This document shows positions 61,161 through 64,000 of a stretch of DNA of 64,000 nucleotides, piece by piece; within the stretch, counting starts at the first letter, position 1; every line of letters starts with the position of its first letter. Below the pieces are notes generated by a model. It saw only the letters and a list, made by a program, of their open reading frames with translations, was not told where the DNA came from and searched no databases. Source of the DNA: Candidatus Heimdallarchaeota archaeon (GTDB taxonomy: Archaea > Asgardarchaeota > Heimdallarchaeia > Heimdallarchaeales > Heimdallarchaeaceae); assembly GCA_019057815.1 (NCBI GenBank), contig JAHLWR010000001.1:240233-304232 (forward strand). The letters are read 5' to 3'. The translations under genes and the position numbers were made by a program.

Positions 61161-62153
61161 GTGGCTAGTCAAATGTCAGCAGAAAAAACAGAAGAGACAG
61201 AAATAAGTAATGTTTCAACCGAGATGAGACCGCGTAGCTTTGTTGAGGTATGGAGTGATTGGGTTATAGCATTTTTAAAATATGTTTGGAAAAAAATCCA
61301 TTCGCCCTTAGGAGTGTGGATGATAGTGATTTGGGTTTCAAGCATTCTGATTATGGGGTTCACAGCAATGTCAACAGCGGAGGAAATCACATTTACAGAT
61401 GGTCCAAGTTATTGGTTAAACGTTTTCCTTACTTTTGGACTAAATGGAGGTCAAGATGTTACTTTGCGTTTAGTGGCTAAACCGTTCTTAAAGTGGATCT
61501 TTGCACCTATGGTATCTATAGTTTTAGGGATAATACTTTTCATTCTGCCTGAAAGTGGATTTTTCAGAAATGGTCTTTTCCCAACAGAGGAGTTGGATTT
61601 CGAACTTACACACAAATTTTTTAGTATCACTGACATTTGGGGATCGGATTTAAATGCTGCATATCCAAAATGGACAAATATGTATTTATGGATAGTTTTT
61701 ATGCCTATAATAATTGGAACAGTTGTTGCTGGCTTCTATAATTTTATAATGTTTAAACTAGTTCTCAAAAGGAAGCATTTACCTAAAGCTAAAAATATGT
61801 TGATATGGAATCTTATTGCAACACTAATTGCAGGTGTTCAAATGGCGTTGATGACAGGAGATATAGTCTTACGCTTCACTGGAATACTCCGGTCGTTATT
61901 TGTCGAACGCAAGACCAATAATTTCATAGAATATGGTTTAGTATATGGTGGAGAAGGGCAATATCATCCGATTGGACTTGCGTTTACGATGTGGCTAGTT
62001 AATATGATACCATTTCTGTTAGTATACTTTGTACTAATGTTTATTGGCAACTTAGATGTATATTGGCAAAGAAGAGATTACTTCTATCGCAAAGCTAAGC
62101 AATTCATCAATGAAAGGAAAACCATCAAATTCGATACTTCTGAACAATTGTAG
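61161..62153 (+). CDS. Hypothetical polytopic membrane protein
   Basis: 5-6 hydrophobic helices; no recognisable motif. Confidence 0.65.
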   Translation: MASQMSAEKTEETEISNVSTEMRPRSFVEVWSDWVIAFLKYVWKKIHSPLGVWMIVIWVSSILIMGFTAMSTAEEITFTDGPSYWLNVFLTFGLNGGQDVTLRLVAKPFLKWIFAPMVSIVLGIILFILPESGFFRNGLFPTEELDFELTHKFFSITDIWGSDLNAAYPKWTNMYLWIVFMPIIIGTVVAGFYNFIMFKLVLKRKHLPKAKNMLIWNLIATLIAGVQMALMTGDIVLRFTGILRSLFVERKTNNFIEYGLVYGGEGQYHPIGLAFTMWLVNMIPFLLVYFVLMFIGNLDVYWQRRDYFYRKAKQFINERKTIKFDTSEQL

Positions 62154-62268
62154 AAAGCTTTATTTCATTTCTTTTATCTATTTTTTTACATGTATCTAGT
62201 TTTGCAAAGGGAAGTCTTTGATGAGGAACTTTTATTAGTTTCTATATAAGAATACAAAACAGTTAAAC

Positions 62269-63276
62269 ATGAACAATTTTAGCTCTGATGAAATATATCA
62301 GTCAGAAAAAAGTAGTAGTTTACCTATTTTAGTAGCTGAGGATATAATAAAAATTTATAGAACAGGAAAAATTGAAACTCAAGCTCTTAGAGGAGTTTCT
62401 TTCACTATCTATGAAAGAGAAAAACTGTTTTTGATAGGTCCAAGTGGTTCAGGTAAAACAACACTCGTAAACATAGTTGCAGGAAATGTAAAACCAACAT
62501 CTGGAAAGGTTTTTTGGAAAGATTTGTTAAAAGATATTACACGTTCTTCATTTGAAGAAATTATAAAAGCACGACGTTCTTTTGCAGGATTGATATCGCA
62601 AGATACAAGACTTATCTCCCATCTAACAGTAAAAGAGAATGTCGAACTTGTGGGATATTATGCAAATCTTCCATCTAGCGTGATAAAACAACGTTCAGAG
62701 TTTTTACTGAAATTTCTAGGTATTTGGGAGAAAAGAAACAAAAAGGGGGATACTTTATCAGGAGGAGAGAAGAAAAGAGCAGATATTGCAGCAACTCTTG
62801 TGACGAATCCAAAAGTAATTATTGCAGACGAGCCAACAGGAGACTTAGATGTAATAACAGCAAACAATATACTAGACCTATTCGATAAAATAAACATGGA
62901 ATTACATGTTGCAATTCTTTTATGTACTCACTCACAGCATGTAACAACAAGAGCAAATAGAGTTTTGGAGATACAAGATGGAATAATTATAGGGCAACAT
63001 GAAAGCAATTTACATCTAAGAAAACTTGAACAAAGTCGACTACTTGAAGTTGATCGCCAAGAGAGGATAAAAATACCAACATCAATACTAGATAAATTAG
63101 ATAACCCAAAACATTTTGAGATTCAGTTAATGGATGGAAAAATTGTACTTAGCCCCATCTACAAATCTAAACACTTTGAAAATAAGGTTAAAAAAGTAAT
63201 TACATGTACAATTTGTGGGAAATTAGCAAAGGATAATTTAAGCTTCTGCAAATACTGTGGCGCAACTATCAGTTAA
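62269..63276 (+). CDS. LolD/MacB-type ABC ATPase with C-terminal AbrB-like and zinc-ribbon extension
   Basis: GPSGSGKT, LSGGE, ADEPTGDLD; VDRQERIKIP; CTICG...CKYCG. Confidence 0.85.
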   Translation: MNNFSSDEIYQSEKSSSLPILVAEDIIKIYRTGKIETQALRGVSFTIYEREKLFLIGPSGSGKTTLVNIVAGNVKPTSGKVFWKDLLKDITRSSFEEIIKARRSFAGLISQDTRLISHLTVKENVELVGYYANLPSSVIKQRSEFLLKFLGIWEKRNKKGDTLSGGEKKRADIAATLVTNPKVIIADEPTGDLDVITANNILDLFDKINMELHVAILLCTHSQHVTTRANRVLEIQDGIIIGQHESNLHLRKLEQSRLLEVDRQERIKIPTSILDKLDNPKHFEIQLMDGKIVLSPIYKSKHFENKVKKVITCTICGKLAKDNLSFCKYCGATIS

Positions 63277-63742
63277 CTTAGGTGAAATATTAATAAAAAA
63301 GGGTAAAAAAGAGATGAAAGAAAAAGATTTAGGAGATAGTTCAGAGAAAAATGTGGTGAAAATCAAGGTTAACTGGGTTAGAGTGTTAACTTTGGGATTC
63401 TTGACATCACTAGCGTTTCTCCTTATAAATATTACAGTGGTACTAATAGGAGTGCTAGGATTTGATTACGATTTAAATCTATTTCTGAATCTCATCATGC
63501 AATGGGTGTTCTTTGGAGAGGTAGGGTTAATAGTCTTTTGGGGAGGGTGCCTAGGAAACATTGGTCAATCAGCGTTTATAGGTAATATTCAAGAAAGATT
63601 TTTTGGTTCAAAACCTTTTAATGCGTATTCATTTAAACATGCAACATTTAACTCTTTTAGCTATTATTTCGCAGGTGGATTTCTATTGTTGTATCTTATG
63701 ATAATGGTTCAGATTTTAAAAATAATACGAATTTATAGCTGA
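63257..63742 (+). CDS. Hypothetical membrane protein
   Basis: Three hydrophobic helices; start uncertain. Confidence 0.6.
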   Translation: MAQLSVNLGEILIKKGKKEMKEKDLGDSSEKNVVKIKVNWVRVLTLGFLTSLAFLLINITVVLIGVLGFDYDLNLFLNLIMQWVFFGEVGLIVFWGGCLGNIGQSAFIGNIQERFFGSKPFNAYSFKHATFNSFSYYFAGGFLLLYLMIMVQILKIIRIYS

Positions 63743-64000
63743 AATAAGGGGGGGAGAGTGATTACATAGTATGAAATATAAAAGAACAAAATTATTTTTT
63801 GGAACTTTTCAGTTATTAGAAACTTTATAATGTTAAATAACGATTCTACTTACATATATAGGGATAAAAGTCTCAATTAGATTCTCTGTTACTAGCTAAC
63901 TAAAAAATTAAAAATAATATGTATTTTTACAGCGAATCCTTAACCTGTTAACTCAACAGACATGGGTTACACTTGAGGGTAAATGGAGAGTCAAGGGGAC

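Noticed and set aside
1-64000. CRISPR arrays, transposases, rRNA, selenoprotein/SECIS signals, and the many short antisense ORFs in the track
   Set aside because: No repeat-spacer periodicity, DDE/HUH motifs or conserved in-frame TGA recognised. Antisense ORFs are shadows of well-supported genes.

Overview
AT-rich archaeal chromosomal window from an Asgard archaeon, most plausibly Heimdallarchaeia. The Asgard call rests on a eukaryote-like actin C-terminus at 1-197 plus archaeal-type LeuRS, TiaS, aIF5B, L7Ae/S28e/L24e, RpoN, MVK/IPK and GGTGA-type Shine-Dalgarno motifs; the class-level call is inference. Content is mostly housekeeping: translation, isoprenoid lipid genes, an Hsp20-Cdc48-regulator heat-shock operon, TldD/E and transporters. 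Features missed by the ORF track are the actin 3' end, a 56-aa alpha3/face-to-face-type histone (47827-47997), an intron-containing initiator tRNA-Met, a deleted and frameshifted M20 paralog, and a K-turn over the rpl7ae ribosome-binding site. The best candidate for an undescribed system is a translationally coupled 2TM-protein + stand-alone YEATS-domain pair (26647-27467) with an intact acyl-lysine pocket, followed by a Wss1/SprT-like zincin. A second candidate is a structured RNA 3' of infB carrying a perfect 20-nt complement to the infB coding sequence. No CRISPR array, transposase, integrase or rRNA was recognised. All family calls come from motif recognition by eye; no database searches were run.
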